Under the pieces are notes generated by a model. The model worked only from the letters and a program-made list of their open reading frames with translations, had not been told where the DNA came from and ran no database searches. Shown here in pieces: positions 1-10,221 of a DNA stretch of 64,000 nt. A program made the position numbers and the translations under genes. This DNA is from Alphaproteobacteria bacterium. Lineage in GTDB: Bacteria > Pseudomonadota > Alphaproteobacteria > CALKHQ01. Each line of letters starts with the position of its first letter. The stretch's first letter is position 1. Location: assembly GCA_041396705.1 (NCBI GenBank), contig JAWKYB010000017.1, forward strand, positions 53,865-117,864. The letters are read 5' to 3'.

Positions 1-220
1 ACCCGCCGCAATGCTCGGCGACGAAGCGGGTGAACCCCATCAGGTCGCGGCGATAGGCGGCAACGGTGTGGGCCGAGGCGCGCCGCTCCGCCGCGAGCCA
101 TTGCAGCCATGCGCCCAGCGCGTCGCGGACGTCGGCGGCCAGCCAGGGCACGAGGCTGGCGCCGACCGCGTCGCCGTCGGTTCCCTCCGTCGGGCATCTT
201 TCTGCCTTGTCGGCCTGCAA
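1..220 (-). CDS. xerC: tyrosine recombinase XerC-like, N-terminal fragment (gene continues beyond the left edge)
   Basis: Not in the ORF track because no stop lies in the window. My reverse-strand translation reads ...LVPWLAADVRDALGAWLQWLAAERRASAHTVAAYRRDLMGFTRFVAEHCGG. This matches the ER-x-S-x-x-T-x-x-AY-x-RDL-x-x-F N-domain signature of XerC/XerD. The start (TTG 220 or in-frame GTG 151) is unresolved. Confidence 0.55.
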   Translation of the reverse strand, partial: MQADKAERCPTEGTDGDAVGASLVPWLAADVRDALGAWLQWLAAERRASAHTVAAYRRDLMGFTRFVAEHCGG

Positions 221-389
221 GGGCGAACTCCCTGACGTTTCGCGTGGAAACTAAACCGCTAAAGTCCCCGGTGCGGCGGGCATTTCACGCGGCCGGACCG
301 GACCGTGCTATGCGCAGCGCGCATGGCTGCATTGCGTTGCGGGGGCGTGCAAATGTAACTCGCCGATGTCATTTATTGCATGCTTCGGT

Positions 390-507
390 TCGAAACGTTT
401 CCGACGTTTCGGGCAGATTGGGTCGATTTCGATCCATTCATGTCTCCCAGACGTGAAGCCTCCCTGTGACTTGGGCCGCCGGATCGAACGATTCCGGCGG
501 TTTTTTT
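390..507 (+). ncRNA. candidate trans-acting sRNA with anti-SD-like motifs (5' end unknown)
   Basis: An orphan intrinsic terminator at 476-507 has no credible CDS upstream. There is a hairpin CGAAACGT/ACGTTTCG at 391-411. Motifs CUCCCA (444-449) and CCUCCC (459-464) lie just before the terminator. The region is visibly AT-richer than its flanks. Confidence 0.3.
476..507 (+). terminator. rho-independent terminator
   Basis: An 8-bp GC stem CCGCCGGA (476-483) / TCCGGCGG (493-500) with a 9-nt loop is followed by a T7 run at 501-507. Confidence 0.6.
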
Positions 508-761
508 GTCAGCGGATCGGACTTTAGACACTTCGGTCGCGGGACGTTAGACCGTTTGCCGTTCGCGGCGCGTGCCCTTTGCGCGCCTGACCGTCTTGGC
601 CGCGGCCGCGGCCGAATGCGCGCGCGCATCGCGCCTCCCCTGTCCCTCTCGCAATCCACGCCGAGCCGCCGGGCGACGGCGCGGCCACCTCCGGATCGGT
701 GAACGCGAATTGCCGCATCGGCGTCCTATTCCGAGGGGCGAGACCTGCAATGGAGATTGCG

Positions 762-1607
762 ATGCCGGACTTCGACATTCTTCCGCTGCCTTACATGCCG
801 GGGCCGATAACGATCAGCCCGTTCACCTTCACCGGCACCGTAGGCAACGACACCCTGCACGGCACCAGCTGGCAGGACGTGATCTGGGCCAACGGCGGCA
901 ACGACACCGTCTTTGCCGGCGGCAATGCCGACCAGGTCCATGGCGGCATCGGCGACGACATACTGTTCGGCGAGGATGGCAACGATTCGCTGTGGGGCGA
1001 TGCCGGCAACGACATCCTGGCCGGCGGTGCCGGCGACGACTGGGCCTATGGCGGTTCGGGCGCCGACTGGATGCTCGGCCAGGAGGGCAACGACACCCTC
1101 AACGGCGGCGCCGACAACGATGCCATCTACGGCGGCACCGGCAACGACGTTCTGCTTGGCGGCACCGGCAACGACTATCTCGACGGTGGCGCCGGCAACG
1201 ATGTCATGAACGGCGGCGAAGGCGACGACAGGCTGTTCGGCGGCAGCGGCAACGACCTGCTGCGCACCAGCAACGGACTGGATACCCTGACCGGCGGCAC
1301 CGGTGCCGACGGCTTCGCCGTCATGACGGGCGACTACTGGCCCGACCTTGTCACCGACTACAATTTCTTCGAACGCGACTACATCGACCTCAGCGCGCTC
1401 GTCGCGGGCTGGACCGACGCGATGAAGGCGGCGCACCACTTCAACGCGTACGACCTGTGGTCCGACGGCGAGCAAGTCGTCCTGCGCCTGGGGACGCCGG
1501 CGCTCGCCGATACGGTTGCCCTGTTCCTCGTGCTCGGCAACCCGATCGGCGACCAGGTCCTCTACACCCTGGACGGCTCGACCATGCTGAGCACGACGAT
1601 CATCTGA
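762..1607 (+). CDS. RTX / hemolysin-type calcium-binding repeat protein
   Basis: ORF 699..1607 carries tandem GGxGxDxUx nonapeptides (GGNDTVFAG GNADQVHGG IGDDILFGE DGNDSLWGD AGNDILAGG ...). I prefer ATG 762 because GGAG lies 6 nt upstream; ATG 699 or 750 remain possible. Confidence 0.85.
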   Translation: MPDFDILPLPYMPGPITISPFTFTGTVGNDTLHGTSWQDVIWANGGNDTVFAGGNADQVHGGIGDDILFGEDGNDSLWGDAGNDILAGGAGDDWAYGGSGADWMLGQEGNDTLNGGADNDAIYGGTGNDVLLGGTGNDYLDGGAGNDVMNGGEGDDRLFGGSGNDLLRTSNGLDTLTGGTGADGFAVMTGDYWPDLVTDYNFFERDYIDLSALVAGWTDAMKAAHHFNAYDLWSDGEQVVLRLGTPALADTVALFLVLGNPIGDQVLYTLDGSTMLSTTII

Positions 1608-1839
1608 CCTGCCGCGCACCTTGCCCGGACCGGTTCCGGGCAAGGCCGGCGCGACACGGACCACGTCGCGCCCGCGCAGCCCCGGCCGCATCCGATCGAG
1701 CCGCGCCGACGGCGGAAACAACTGAAACAAGATTGCCGTCCGCCGGTGCTTGGACTGAAACATCCGGCCCCCATTTCCGCCGTCCCAACTGCTGCGGCCC
1801 GCCGGGCCGCGTCGGCGAAACCAAGGGGGACGACCGGCC

Positions 1840-2127
1840 ATGAAACCGAATTCGGCCTACGGCAAGGGCGGTGCCGCCGCGTTGCGGCCGCACCTGTCCG
1901 TCGACGGCGGCGCGCGGCGGGGCCCGGGCCTTTTCCGCCGGGCGATCGATGCGCTTGCAGCGCATCTCGAGCGGCGCCGGGCGGTGCGCCACCTGCGCAC
2001 GCTGCCGCCCTATCTGCAGCGCGACGTCGGCCTGACCGAGGACGACATCGAGCGGCTCGAGCGCGACTTCGGCCGGTCCGGCATCACCGCATCCGGAAAC
2101 ATCAGAAACACAACAGCGCCGCATTGA
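1840..2127 (+). CDS. DUF1127-like small protein
   Basis: The 95-aa ORF contains the segment RHLRTLPPYLQRDVGLTEDDIERL, which resembles the DUF1127 L-x-x-L-x-D-x-x-L-x-D-[IL]-G-L-x-x-x-D-I motif. Confidence 0.55.
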   Translation: MKPNSAYGKGGAAALRPHLSVDGGARRGPGLFRRAIDALAAHLERRRAVRHLRTLPPYLQRDVGLTEDDIERLERDFGRSGITASGNIRNTTAPH

Positions 2128-2197
2128 TGCGAACCTGAAATATGCGTCACTTAGCGTGATGGCCGTGTCGCGCACGGTGCCGCGCTGGGAGTGTCGC

Positions 2198-4859
2198 ATG
2201 GACGAAAGGGGTGTGGCTGGCGATCTGACCGGCCCACCCGGTCACCTGCACGAGAACCGGGTGCTGCGCATGATCCTGGATGCGGTACCCTCGCGGATCT
2301 GGTTCATGGACCGCGAGCACCGCACCCTGTTCGCCAATCGCGAGGCGGCGCGGCTGGTCGGCGAGGACGCCGACGCCCTGATCGGCCGCCCGACGGCCGA
2401 GGTGATCGGCGCGGAGAGCTTCAGGGCCGACCTGAAGATGCGCGAGACCGCGCTGGCCGGCGGCATCGCCCGCTGGGCCGGCTGGGCGGTCTATGCCGAC
2501 GGCGTGCGCCGCTTCACCGAGCGGGTGTTCCACCCGCACTACGGCCAGGACGGGACCGTCACCGGCTACTACGAGTTCGTGCGCGACACCACACAGGAGA
2601 TGGCGGCGCAGGACGAGGCCCGCCGCTGGGCGCAGCTGCTGCACGACGCGGTCGAGAACCTGCCCGACGCGATCAGCGTCGAGGAGCCCGACGGTACGCT
2701 GGCGATCTGCAACCGCGCCTATGCCGAGCTGTACGGCACCGAGGCGGCGGCCCTGCTGGGCCGCAGCTTCGAGGACCGCATTCCGATCCTGCTGCAGCGG
2801 GTGACCGCGATCGCCGGCGAGCCGTTCGACCCGGCGGTCGACGACGGGGTGGCGCGCTTCGTGTCGCTGCGCCGCGAGGTGGCCCGGCCGGTGGAGATCT
2901 CGCTGGACGACGGCACCGAGCTGTTCATCCAGCGCGCGCTGACCAGCGAGGGTGGGCGCGCAGTGCTGATGACCGACGTGACCGCGCTGCGCCAGGGCCA
3001 GCGCGAGGCGGAGCAGGCCCGCCAGCTGCTCGAGGACGCGATCGAGTGCGTGGCGCTGGGATTCGCCATATTCGATTCCGACGGCGGGCTGGTGGTCTGC
3101 AACACCCTGTTCCGCACCATGTGCTGCGCGCCGGCGCGGGCCGGGATCAGCTGGCGCGAAATCCTCCACGCCAGCGCCTGCGCCGGCTGGTTCGCCGGCG
3201 AGCAGGGCGACGCGGCGGCCTTCGCCGATGCGCACGAGCGCGCCCTGCACGACGGCAGCGCCGGGCCGGAGCTGGAGTTGACCGACGGGCGCCGGCTGCG
3301 GGTCTGGCGCCGCCGCACCCGGCTGGGCGGCAGCGTGCTGACGCTGACCGACGTGACCGAGCGCAGGCGGATGGAGCGCGAGCTGCGCCGGTCGGAGGAC
3401 CTGGTCCGCCGCGTGTTGGAGGCCTGCCCCGGTGCCGATCACCATGGTGCGGGCGATCGACGGCGCGATCATCTACGAGACCGAGGCGTCGCGGGCGATG
3501 ATGCTGTCCGAGGGACCGGGCGGCAGCACCCGCTCGCGCTGGCTGACGCCGGCGGCGCGCCAGGAATATGTCGAGCACCTGCGCCGGTTCGGCATGGTCG
3601 ACAACTGGGAGCGGCAGTTCCGCCGCGGCGACGGCACGCTGGTGTGGCTGGCGTTGTCGGCGCGGATGATCACCTATCGCGGCGAGGAGGTGATCGTCGC
3701 CACCGCCTACGACCTGACCGAGCGGCGCGCGGCCCAGGAGGAACTGGAGCGCCAGCGCGAGATCGCGCAGCAGGCCGAGAAGCTGGGCGCGCTGGGCGAG
3801 CTGCTGGCCGGGATCAGCCACGAGCTCAACAACCCGCTGTCGGTGCTGGTCGGCCAGGCCGCGATCCTGCGCGAGACCACCCGCGACGCCGCCGTCGGCC
3901 GCCGGGTGGAGAAGATCGCCGAGGCCGCCGACCGCTGCGCCCGCATCGTGCGCAGCTTCCTGGCGATGGCGCGCCAGGGCCCGGCCCTGCTCGACCGGGT
4001 CGACGTCAACGCGGTGGTGCACAGCGGGGCGGAGATCGCGCTGGCCCAGATCAACGAAAGCGGTGCCGCACTGGAGCTGCACCTGGCCCGCGGCCTGCCG
4101 ATGGCCTGGGCCGATGCCGACCAGATCCGGCAGGTGGTGGTCAACCTGCTGGTCAACGCCGCCCATGCGCTGCGCGACTTCGCGGGGCCGCGCCGGATCG
4201 AGATGGAGACGTCGGCGCAGGCCGACGGCACGCTGCTGCGCATCGACGTGGCCGACAGCGGGCCGGGGGTGCCGGCCAACATCCGTTCGCGCGTGTTCGA
4301 ACCGCTGTTCACCACCAAGCAGGTCGGCCAGGGCACCGGCATCGGCCTGACCCTGTGCCACCGCATCGTCAGCGCCCATGGCGGGCGGATCCAACTGCTG
4401 TCGCCGCCGGAGGGGGGTGCGCTTCTGCGGGTGGAACTGCCGGCCGCGCCGGCGGCCGCGGCCGTGGGCACCGACGTGGTGGAGGAAGAGGCGGTCGGCG
4501 CGCTGCGCATTCTGGTGGTGGACGACGACGTCGCCGTGTCGCAGACCACCTCGGAGGTGCTGGCGCTCGACGGCCACAGCGTCGACTGCGCGGCATCCGC
4601 CGAGGAGGCGATGGGCATGATCCGCCGCCGCCGCTACGACATCGTCATCACCGACGTGCGCATGCCCGGCACCGACGGCCTGCAGTTCCATGCCGCGCTT
4701 GCGCGGGATCGGCCCGATGTCGCCGACAGGCTGGTGTTCGCCACCGGCGACATGCTGAGCCCGCAACTGGCGCGGGCGCTGCGGGCGACCGGACGGCCGT
4801 GCCTGGAGAAACCGTTCCTGCCCAGCGATGTGCGCGCGATCCTCGACGCGCTGATGTAG
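2198..4859 (+). pseudogene. cytoplasmic multi-PAS hybrid sensor histidine kinase, interrupted by a +1 frameshift at ~3428-3432 (or an assembly error)
   Basis: Frame 2 (ATG 2198) gives PAS-like modules that end sensibly at ...RRVLEACP (3430), then becomes Arg/Gly/Pro-rich nonsense up to 4996. Frame 3 from GTG 3432 continues as PITMVRAIDGAIIYETEAS. It then shows an H-box SHELNNPL, an N-box NLLVNAAHAL, G-boxes DSGPGV and GTGIGL, and a receiver domain (LVVDDD, DIVITDVRMPGTDG, EKP). Confidence 0.8.
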
Positions 4860-4884
4860 TATCAGCGGATCGGAACGGACAGCG

Positions 4885-5622
4885 ATGGATGGAACCGTGG
4901 TCGCGACCGGACGACACCGGGTGGTCATCGTCGACGACGAGCCGGACGTGCGCGAGACGTTCGGCGACTACCTGGCCATGCACGACTTCGACGTGATGCT
5001 GTTCGACGGCGCCGCGGCGCTGCGCCGTTGGCTGGACGACGGCGGCAGCTTCGACGTGGCCCTGCTCGACATCTCGATGCCGGGCGAGGACGGGCTGTCG
5101 CTGGCGCGGCACCTGCGCGAGCGCACCAAGGCCGGCGTGGTGATGGTCAGCGCCCACGGCGACCCGATCGACCGCGTGGTCGGGCTGGAAATGGGCGCCG
5201 ACGACTATCTCGCCAAGCCGGTCGAGCTGCGCGAGCTCGTCGCCCGGGTGAAGGCTGTGCTGCGCCGCACCCACGTGCCGCCGGCGCCGGTCGACGCGCC
5301 GCCGCCGACCACGATCGCAGTCGGCCCGATGACGCTGGACCTCGACGCACGCCGCCTGATCGACGCCGCCGGCGGCGAGGTGCCGCTGACGGCGATGGAG
5401 TTCGATCTGCTGCGCGTGCTGGCCGAGCGGCCGAACCGCGTGCTGTCGCGCGAGCAGCTGCTGGACCTGTCGCACAAGCGCAGCGACGAGCCGTTCGACC
5501 GCTCGATCGACATCCGCATCGCCCGCATCCGGCGCAAGATCGAGCACGACCCCGGCCGGCCGCAGATCATCAAGACCGTGCGCGGCGCCGGCTACGTGTT
5601 CTCGCGGGGCGAAGGCCGGTAG
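4885..5622 (+). CDS. OmpR/PhoB-family response regulator
   Basis: The receiver domain shows VIVDDEPDV, LLDISMPGEDG and AKP. The C-terminal winged helix shows LTAMEFDLLRVLAERPNRVLSREQLL...IKTVRGAGYVF. Confidence 0.92.
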   Translation: MDGTVVATGRHRVVIVDDEPDVRETFGDYLAMHDFDVMLFDGAAALRRWLDDGGSFDVALLDISMPGEDGLSLARHLRERTKAGVVMVSAHGDPIDRVVGLEMGADDYLAKPVELRELVARVKAVLRRTHVPPAPVDAPPPTTIAVGPMTLDLDARRLIDAAGGEVPLTAMEFDLLRVLAERPNRVLSREQLLDLSHKRSDEPFDRSIDIRIARIRRKIEHDPGRPQIIKTVRGAGYVFSRGEGR

Positions 5623-5760
5623 CCAGGGCCTGTAGGTCGGCGCGCCGACATCGTGTGGACATTTGCGGCCGCCATATGCGGCGGCGTGGCGCTCCGCGTT
5701 GGCCCCGCTTGACCGACGGGGCCGGGGCGGGCGGCTTCGGCCCTGGTCTGCCGGCGCCGC

Positions 5761-7170
5761 TCAGATGTGGATGGCGCGCCCCTCGGCGGCCAGGGCCGCC
5801 TCCTTCACCGCCTCGTTCAGGGTCGGGTGGCCGTGGCAGGTACGGGCGATGTCCTCCGCGGCGGCGCCGAACTCCATGCCCACCACGATCTCGTGGATCA
5901 GCGTGCCGGCATCGGGCCCGATGATGTGAGCGCCCAGCACCTTGTCGGTCTCGGCATGGGCCAGGATCTTCACGGTGCCGTCGGTGTCGCCGCTGGCCTT
6001 GGCCCGGCTGTTGGCGGTGAACGGGAACTTGCCGACCTTGTAGGGGACGCCGGCCTCCTTCAGCTGTTCCTCGGTCTTGCCGACGCTGGCGACCTCCGGC
6101 CACGTGTAGACGATGCCGGGGATGACGTCGTAGTTCACGTGCGCCTTCTCGCCGCCCAGGATCTCGGCCACCGCGACGCCTTCCTCCTCCGCCTTGTGCG
6201 CCAGCATCGCGCCGGGAATGCAGTCGCCGATGGCATAGATGCCGGGTACGCTGGTCTGGAACGCCGCGTCGACGGTGATGAAGCCGCGCTTGTCGCGGGC
6301 GATGCCGAGCTCGTCGAGGCCGAGGTCCTCGACATAGGGCCGCCGGCCGATCGACAGCAGCACCACGTCGGCTTCCATGGTTTCGGCCGCGCCGCCGGCG
6401 GCCGGCTCCAGCGTCAGGGTGACCCCCTTCTTCGACGCCTTCGCAGCGGTGACCTTGGTGCCGAGCTTGAAGGTGAAGCCCTGCTTGCCGAGCACGCGCT
6501 GGAACAGCTTCGAGATCTCGCCGTCCATGCCGGGCGTGATGCGGTCGAGGAACTCCACCACCGTGACCTCCGCCCCCAGCCGCCGCCAGACCGAGCCCAT
6601 CTCCAGGCCGATATAGCCGCCGCCGATCACCACCAGGTGCTTCGGCACCGCCTGCAGCGTCAGTGCGCCGGTCGAGGTGACGATGCGCTGCTCGTCGACC
6701 TCGACGCCCGGCAGCGGCATGGACTCCGAGCCGGTGGCGATGACGATCGAGTCCGCCGTCAGCGTCGAGGTCTCGCCGTCGGCGTCGGTCACCTGCACCT
6801 TGCCGGGCGCCAGGATTCGGCCGGTGCCCTCGATCCACTCGATGTCGTTCTTGTCGAACAGGAAGGCGATGCCCTTGGTCAGGTCCTTCACCACCTTGTC
6901 CTTGCGCGCCAGCATGGCGGCGAGGTCGAGCCCGACGCCGCCGATCTTGATGCCGTGCGCCGCCAGGCCGTGCTGGGCCTCGGCGTAGAGCTCGGAGGAC
7001 TGCAGCAGCGCCTTGGACGGGATGCAGCCGACATTGAGGCAGGTGCCGCCCAGCGCGCCGCGCTTCTCGATCACGCCCACCTCCAGGCCGAGCTGGGCGG
7101 CGCGGATGGCCGAGACGTAGCCGCCGGGACCGGCGCCGATGTAGAGCACGTCGAAGTCTGTGTCGGCCAT
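5761..7170 (-). CDS. lpdA: dihydrolipoyl dehydrogenase
   Basis: The protein is 469 aa. It has the FAD fold YIGAGPGGY, the redox-active disulfide GGTCLNVGCIPSK, and a C-terminal HAHPTL-like motif (CHGHPTLNEA). Confidence 0.95.
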   Translation of the reverse strand: MADTDFDVLYIGAGPGGYVSAIRAAQLGLEVGVIEKRGALGGTCLNVGCIPSKALLQSSELYAEAQHGLAAHGIKIGGVGLDLAAMLARKDKVVKDLTKGIAFLFDKNDIEWIEGTGRILAPGKVQVTDADGETSTLTADSIVIATGSESMPLPGVEVDEQRIVTSTGALTLQAVPKHLVVIGGGYIGLEMGSVWRRLGAEVTVVEFLDRITPGMDGEISKLFQRVLGKQGFTFKLGTKVTAAKASKKGVTLTLEPAAGGAAETMEADVVLLSIGRRPYVEDLGLDELGIARDKRGFITVDAAFQTSVPGIYAIGDCIPGAMLAHKAEEEGVAVAEILGGEKAHVNYDVIPGIVYTWPEVASVGKTEEQLKEAGVPYKVGKFPFTANSRAKASGDTDGTVKILAHAETDKVLGAHIIGPDAGTLIHEIVVGMEFGAAAEDIARTCHGHPTLNEAVKEAALAAEGRAIHI

Positions 7171-7427
7171 GGGAGTTCCTGTCGAACGCTATGGGGCAGG
7201 GATGCTGACACCGAAAATGCCGCAACCGCCGCACCGCGGCAAGGCGGGTGCCCGCCCTGCCGCGCATGGCGGCCATGCGTGCCGCACCGGCGATCAATAT
7301 TGTGCGAGTGCGAACAAATCCATTGCGCACTGCAAAACGGCGCCTATATCATGGTCGCCGGATGCCCACGGATTGGGCCCGGACGGCCGCACATTTCGGC
7401 CGGATCGCTTCCAGATGAGGTAGTCAG

Positions 7428-7667
7428 ATGTTGCTCGAGGATTGCGGCGCCGTGGTCAGTGCGCTGCGGAGCCATGCGTTCATGACCCAGGCCGAGCTGG
7501 CCGAGATGATGTTGCGCTCGCCGGCCGAGGTCGCGGCGATCGAGGAGGGCCAGCAGCCGCTGGTCGAGGCCGACCTGCGTGCGCTTGCGCGCATCTTCGG
7601 GCTGAACGAGGCGCGCCTGATGCAGCTTGCCCGCCCCGCCAATATCGGCACCAAGGTCGCCGCCTGA
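7428..7667 (+). CDS. XRE-family helix-turn-helix protein
   Basis: The 79-aa ORF contains MTQAELAEMMLRSPAEVAAIEEG...LRALARIFGL, typical of an HTH_XRE domain. A GAGG lies upstream of the ATG. Confidence 0.6.
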   Translation: MLLEDCGAVVSALRSHAFMTQAELAEMMLRSPAEVAAIEEGQQPLVEADLRALARIFGLNEARLMQLARPANIGTKVAA

Positions 7668-7711
7668 CCGATTTGCGGACCCGCCGGCAGGCGCCGGCGG
7701 GCCCAACCTGC

Positions 7712-8098
7712 TCACGCCGGCCCGGTGCGGGTGAACAGCCCGATCGAATTGCCGTCCGGATCGCAGCAATAGGCGAACCGTCCCGCCGGGATCGCGATCG
7801 GCGGCGAGACCACCGTGCCGCCGGCCTGTTCCAGTCGCGCCACCGCATCCTCCAGCCTGTCGGGCACCAGCAGGTGCACCGTCGGCCCGGTGCCGTCGGC
7901 GGCCGGCTTGCCGGGATAGAGGTGGCCGGCGACGCCGCTGCCGTTCTCGGTCGGGAACACCGCCATCGGATTGGGGCCCATGTTGTCGACCCGGTTCAGC
8001 CGGGTGGCGAACACCGCCTCGTAGAAGCGGATCGCCTGGTCGAGGTCGCTGACCGGAATCTCGGCCCAGACCGTGAAGTTCGCCGGTGCACCACTCAT
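7712..8098 (-). CDS. VOC (glyoxalase/bleomycin-resistance) family protein
   Basis: The sequence runs FTVWAEIPVSDLDQAIRFYEAVF ... GRFAYCCDPDGNSIGLF. I chose ATG 8098 (MSGAPANF) because GGGAGAA lies upstream. Confidence 0.8.
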   Translation of the reverse strand: MSGAPANFTVWAEIPVSDLDQAIRFYEAVFATRLNRVDNMGPNPMAVFPTENGSGVAGHLYPGKPAADGTGPTVHLLVPDRLEDAVARLEQAGGTVVSPPIAIPAGRFAYCCDPDGNSIGLFTRTGPA

Positions 8099-8188
8099 TT
8101 CGCGTTCTCCCGTCGGATGGTTGACGGGACGAGTGTGCATGCCGTCTCCTGACAACATTTTGTCAGGAGACGGGGCGGCGACTGCGGT

Positions 8189-9022
8189 TCAGCCGTGCAG
8201 GCTCTGCACCCAGGTCCAGGCGCCGTCCAGCCAGCCGCGCGGCATCATGTGGCCGCCGTCGTGCAGGCACAGCTCGACCTGCTTGCCGCTGGCGCAGCTG
8301 GTCCATTCCTGGCATTCGAGCGAGCCCTCGACGACCACCCGGTCCGGTTCCGGGCGGCACTGGTCCTGCGCGCGCCACAGCGCGACGGCGCGCAGCACAT
8401 CGCCCTGGCGCCAGAGGCCGGCGATCGGCCGTCCCGCCATCGGCACCACCGTGTCGGCGGTGCCGTGCACGTGGCGCATGTTGACGGCGGCGGTCGGACA
8501 GCTGGTCGCCTGCGGCTCCCAGAACGCGCCGGCGATCGGCGCGAAGGCGGCATAGTCGTCGCCGCGGTAGCAGGCGATGTCCCACGCCATCGAGCCGCCC
8601 TGGCTGAAGCCGGTGACCCAGAACAGCGCCTCGTCGATCGGCCAGCGCGCCATCGCGTCGGCGCGAACCGCATCCATGAAGGCCAGCTCGTCGCGATCCT
8701 GCGACGGCGAGCCGACGTGCGACCAGGTCCTGTCGACGCCGTTCGGCACGATCAGCAGGATGCCGCGTTCGGAAAAGGCGCGGACCAGGCCGTCGTTGCC
8801 CATCACCCCGGCCGCCGACGAGCCGTAGCCGTGGAAGAACACCGCCGCCGGCAGGGTCGAGCGGCCGTCCCAGCCTTCTGGCACGGCGACCCGGTAGACC
8901 CCGCCGTCGACCGCGCAGTCGCTGTCGCGGCCGCACGCCGCGGCGGTGCCCGAGATTGCGGCCACTCCGGCGCCCAGCGCTATTGCCGCGAGCACCGCCC
9001 TGCGCATGCTCCCATCCGTCAT
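8189..9022 (-). CDS. secreted PHB-depolymerase-family esterase (LpqC-like)
   Basis: The N-terminus MTDGSMRRAVLAAIALGAGVAAISGTAAA looks like a signal peptide. FFHGYGSS and the nucleophile elbow GFSQGGSMA are present. Start ATG 9022 avoids overlap with glyQ. Confidence 0.75.
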   Translation of the reverse strand: MTDGSMRRAVLAAIALGAGVAAISGTAAACGRDSDCAVDGGVYRVAVPEGWDGRSTLPAAVFFHGYGSSAAGVMGNDGLVRAFSERGILLIVPNGVDRTWSHVGSPSQDRDELAFMDAVRADAMARWPIDEALFWVTGFSQGGSMAWDIACYRGDDYAAFAPIAGAFWEPQATSCPTAAVNMRHVHGTADTVVPMAGRPIAGLWRQGDVLRAVALWRAQDQCRPEPDRVVVEGSLECQEWTSCASGKQVELCLHDGGHMMPRGWLDGAWTWVQSLHG

Positions 9023-9228
9023 GCCCTCGCCTCCATGCCGCCTCGCCGGTGTGCCGGCGCGGAGGCACGCTAGCGTTGCCGGACGGGCCTGTCCGCTCAC
9101 AACTCGGCGACCGTGCGGCACCGGACGGGGCGCGCCACCGGTCGAGTTGACCCTGTCCGGAGCGGTGGATATGGTGCGCCGCACCATGGCCATGGCCGGC
9201 CATTTCAACACGTCTGGCAGAGCACCCG

Positions 9229-10098
9229 ATGGCCGCTCCATCCTTCCAGGACCTGATCCTGCGCCTGCAGCGCTTCTGGGCCGACCGCGGCTGCGTGATC
9301 CTGCAACCCTATGACGTCGAGATGGGCGCCGGCACCTTCCACCCGGCGACCACGCTGCGCGCGCTTGGGCCGGAGCCGTGGCGCGCCGCCTATGTCCAGC
9401 CGTCGCGCCGGCCCACCGACGGGCGCTATGGCGAGAATCCGAACCGGCTGCAGCACTACTACCAGTTCCAGGCGATCCTGAAGCCGGCGCCGGAGGACAG
9501 CCAGACGCTCTATCTCGACAGCCTGCGCGAGCTCGGCATCGACCCGCTGGCCCACGACATCCGCTTCGTCGAGGACGACTGGGAAAGCCCGACGCTGGGC
9601 GCCTGGGGCCTGGGCTGGGAGGTGTGGTGCGACGGCATGGAGGTGTCGCAATACACCTATTTCCAGCAGGTCGGCGGCATCGAGTGCGACCCGACCTCGA
9701 CCGAGCTGACCTACGGGCTGGAGCGGCTGGCGATGTACGTCCAGGGGGTCGACAACGTCTACGACCTCGACTTCAACGGCGCCGGCACGACCTATGGCGA
9801 CGTGTACAAGCAGAACGAGGTCGAGTTCTCCGGCTTCAACTTCGAGCACGCCAACACCGAGCGGCTGTTCCGCCACTTCGGCGACGCCGAGGCGGAATGC
9901 GCCGCCCTGCTGGCGGCGAAGCTGCCGCTGCCGGCCTACGACCAGTGCATCAAGGCCAGCCACCTGTTCAACCTGCTCGACGCCCGCGGCGTCATCTCGG
10001 TGACCGAGCGCCAGGCCTATATCGGCCGCGTCCGCGCGCTGGCCAAGGGCTGCGCCGAGGCCTGGCTCGCCAGCCGCGGCCACGCGGCAGCGGCGTGA
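9229..10098 (+). CDS. glyQ: glycine--tRNA ligase alpha subunit
   Basis: [46 protein letters not shown]...[21 protein letters not shown] is highly characteristic of GlyQ. Confidence 0.97.
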   Translation: MAAPSFQDLILRLQRFWADRGCVILQPYDVEMGAGTFHPATTLRALGPEPWRAAYVQPSRRPTDGRYGENPNRLQHYYQFQAILKPAPEDSQTLYLDSLRELGIDPLAHDIRFVEDDWESPTLGAWGLGWEVWCDGMEVSQYTYFQQVGGIECDPTSTELTYGLERLAMYVQGVDNVYDLDFNGAGTTYGDVYKQNEVEFSGFNFEHANTERLFRHFGDAEAECAALLAAKLPLPAYDQCIKASHLFNLLDARGVISVTERQAYIGRVRALAKGCAEAWLASRGHAAAA

Positions 10099-10221
10099 CG
10101 ATGGTCGCCATCGAGGCAACGCGCCTTCCTTCTCGCTCTCCCGGCATGGGCGAGGGCCGGGGAGGGGGCTTCGGCGCGGGCGGCGACCGGCATGCGGCCG
10201 TGCCGGCAAGAGGGCACTCGA

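Noticed and set aside
385-398. A GGTTCGAAAC string that resembles a tRNA T-loop.
   Set aside because: The flanks cannot form an acceptor stem, a D-arm or an anticodon arm. It is part of the hairpin assigned to the candidate sRNA region.
10099-10221. A 123-nt spacer between glyQ and glyS with G-rich and C-rich segments (CTCTCCCGGCATGGGCGAGGGCCGGGGAGGGGGC) and a GCCGGCA/TGCCGGC hairpin.
   Set aside because: It looks like a small REP-type insertion that is common in alphaproteobacterial intergenic DNA. I see no T-run, no conserved riboswitch-like core and no second copy in the window.
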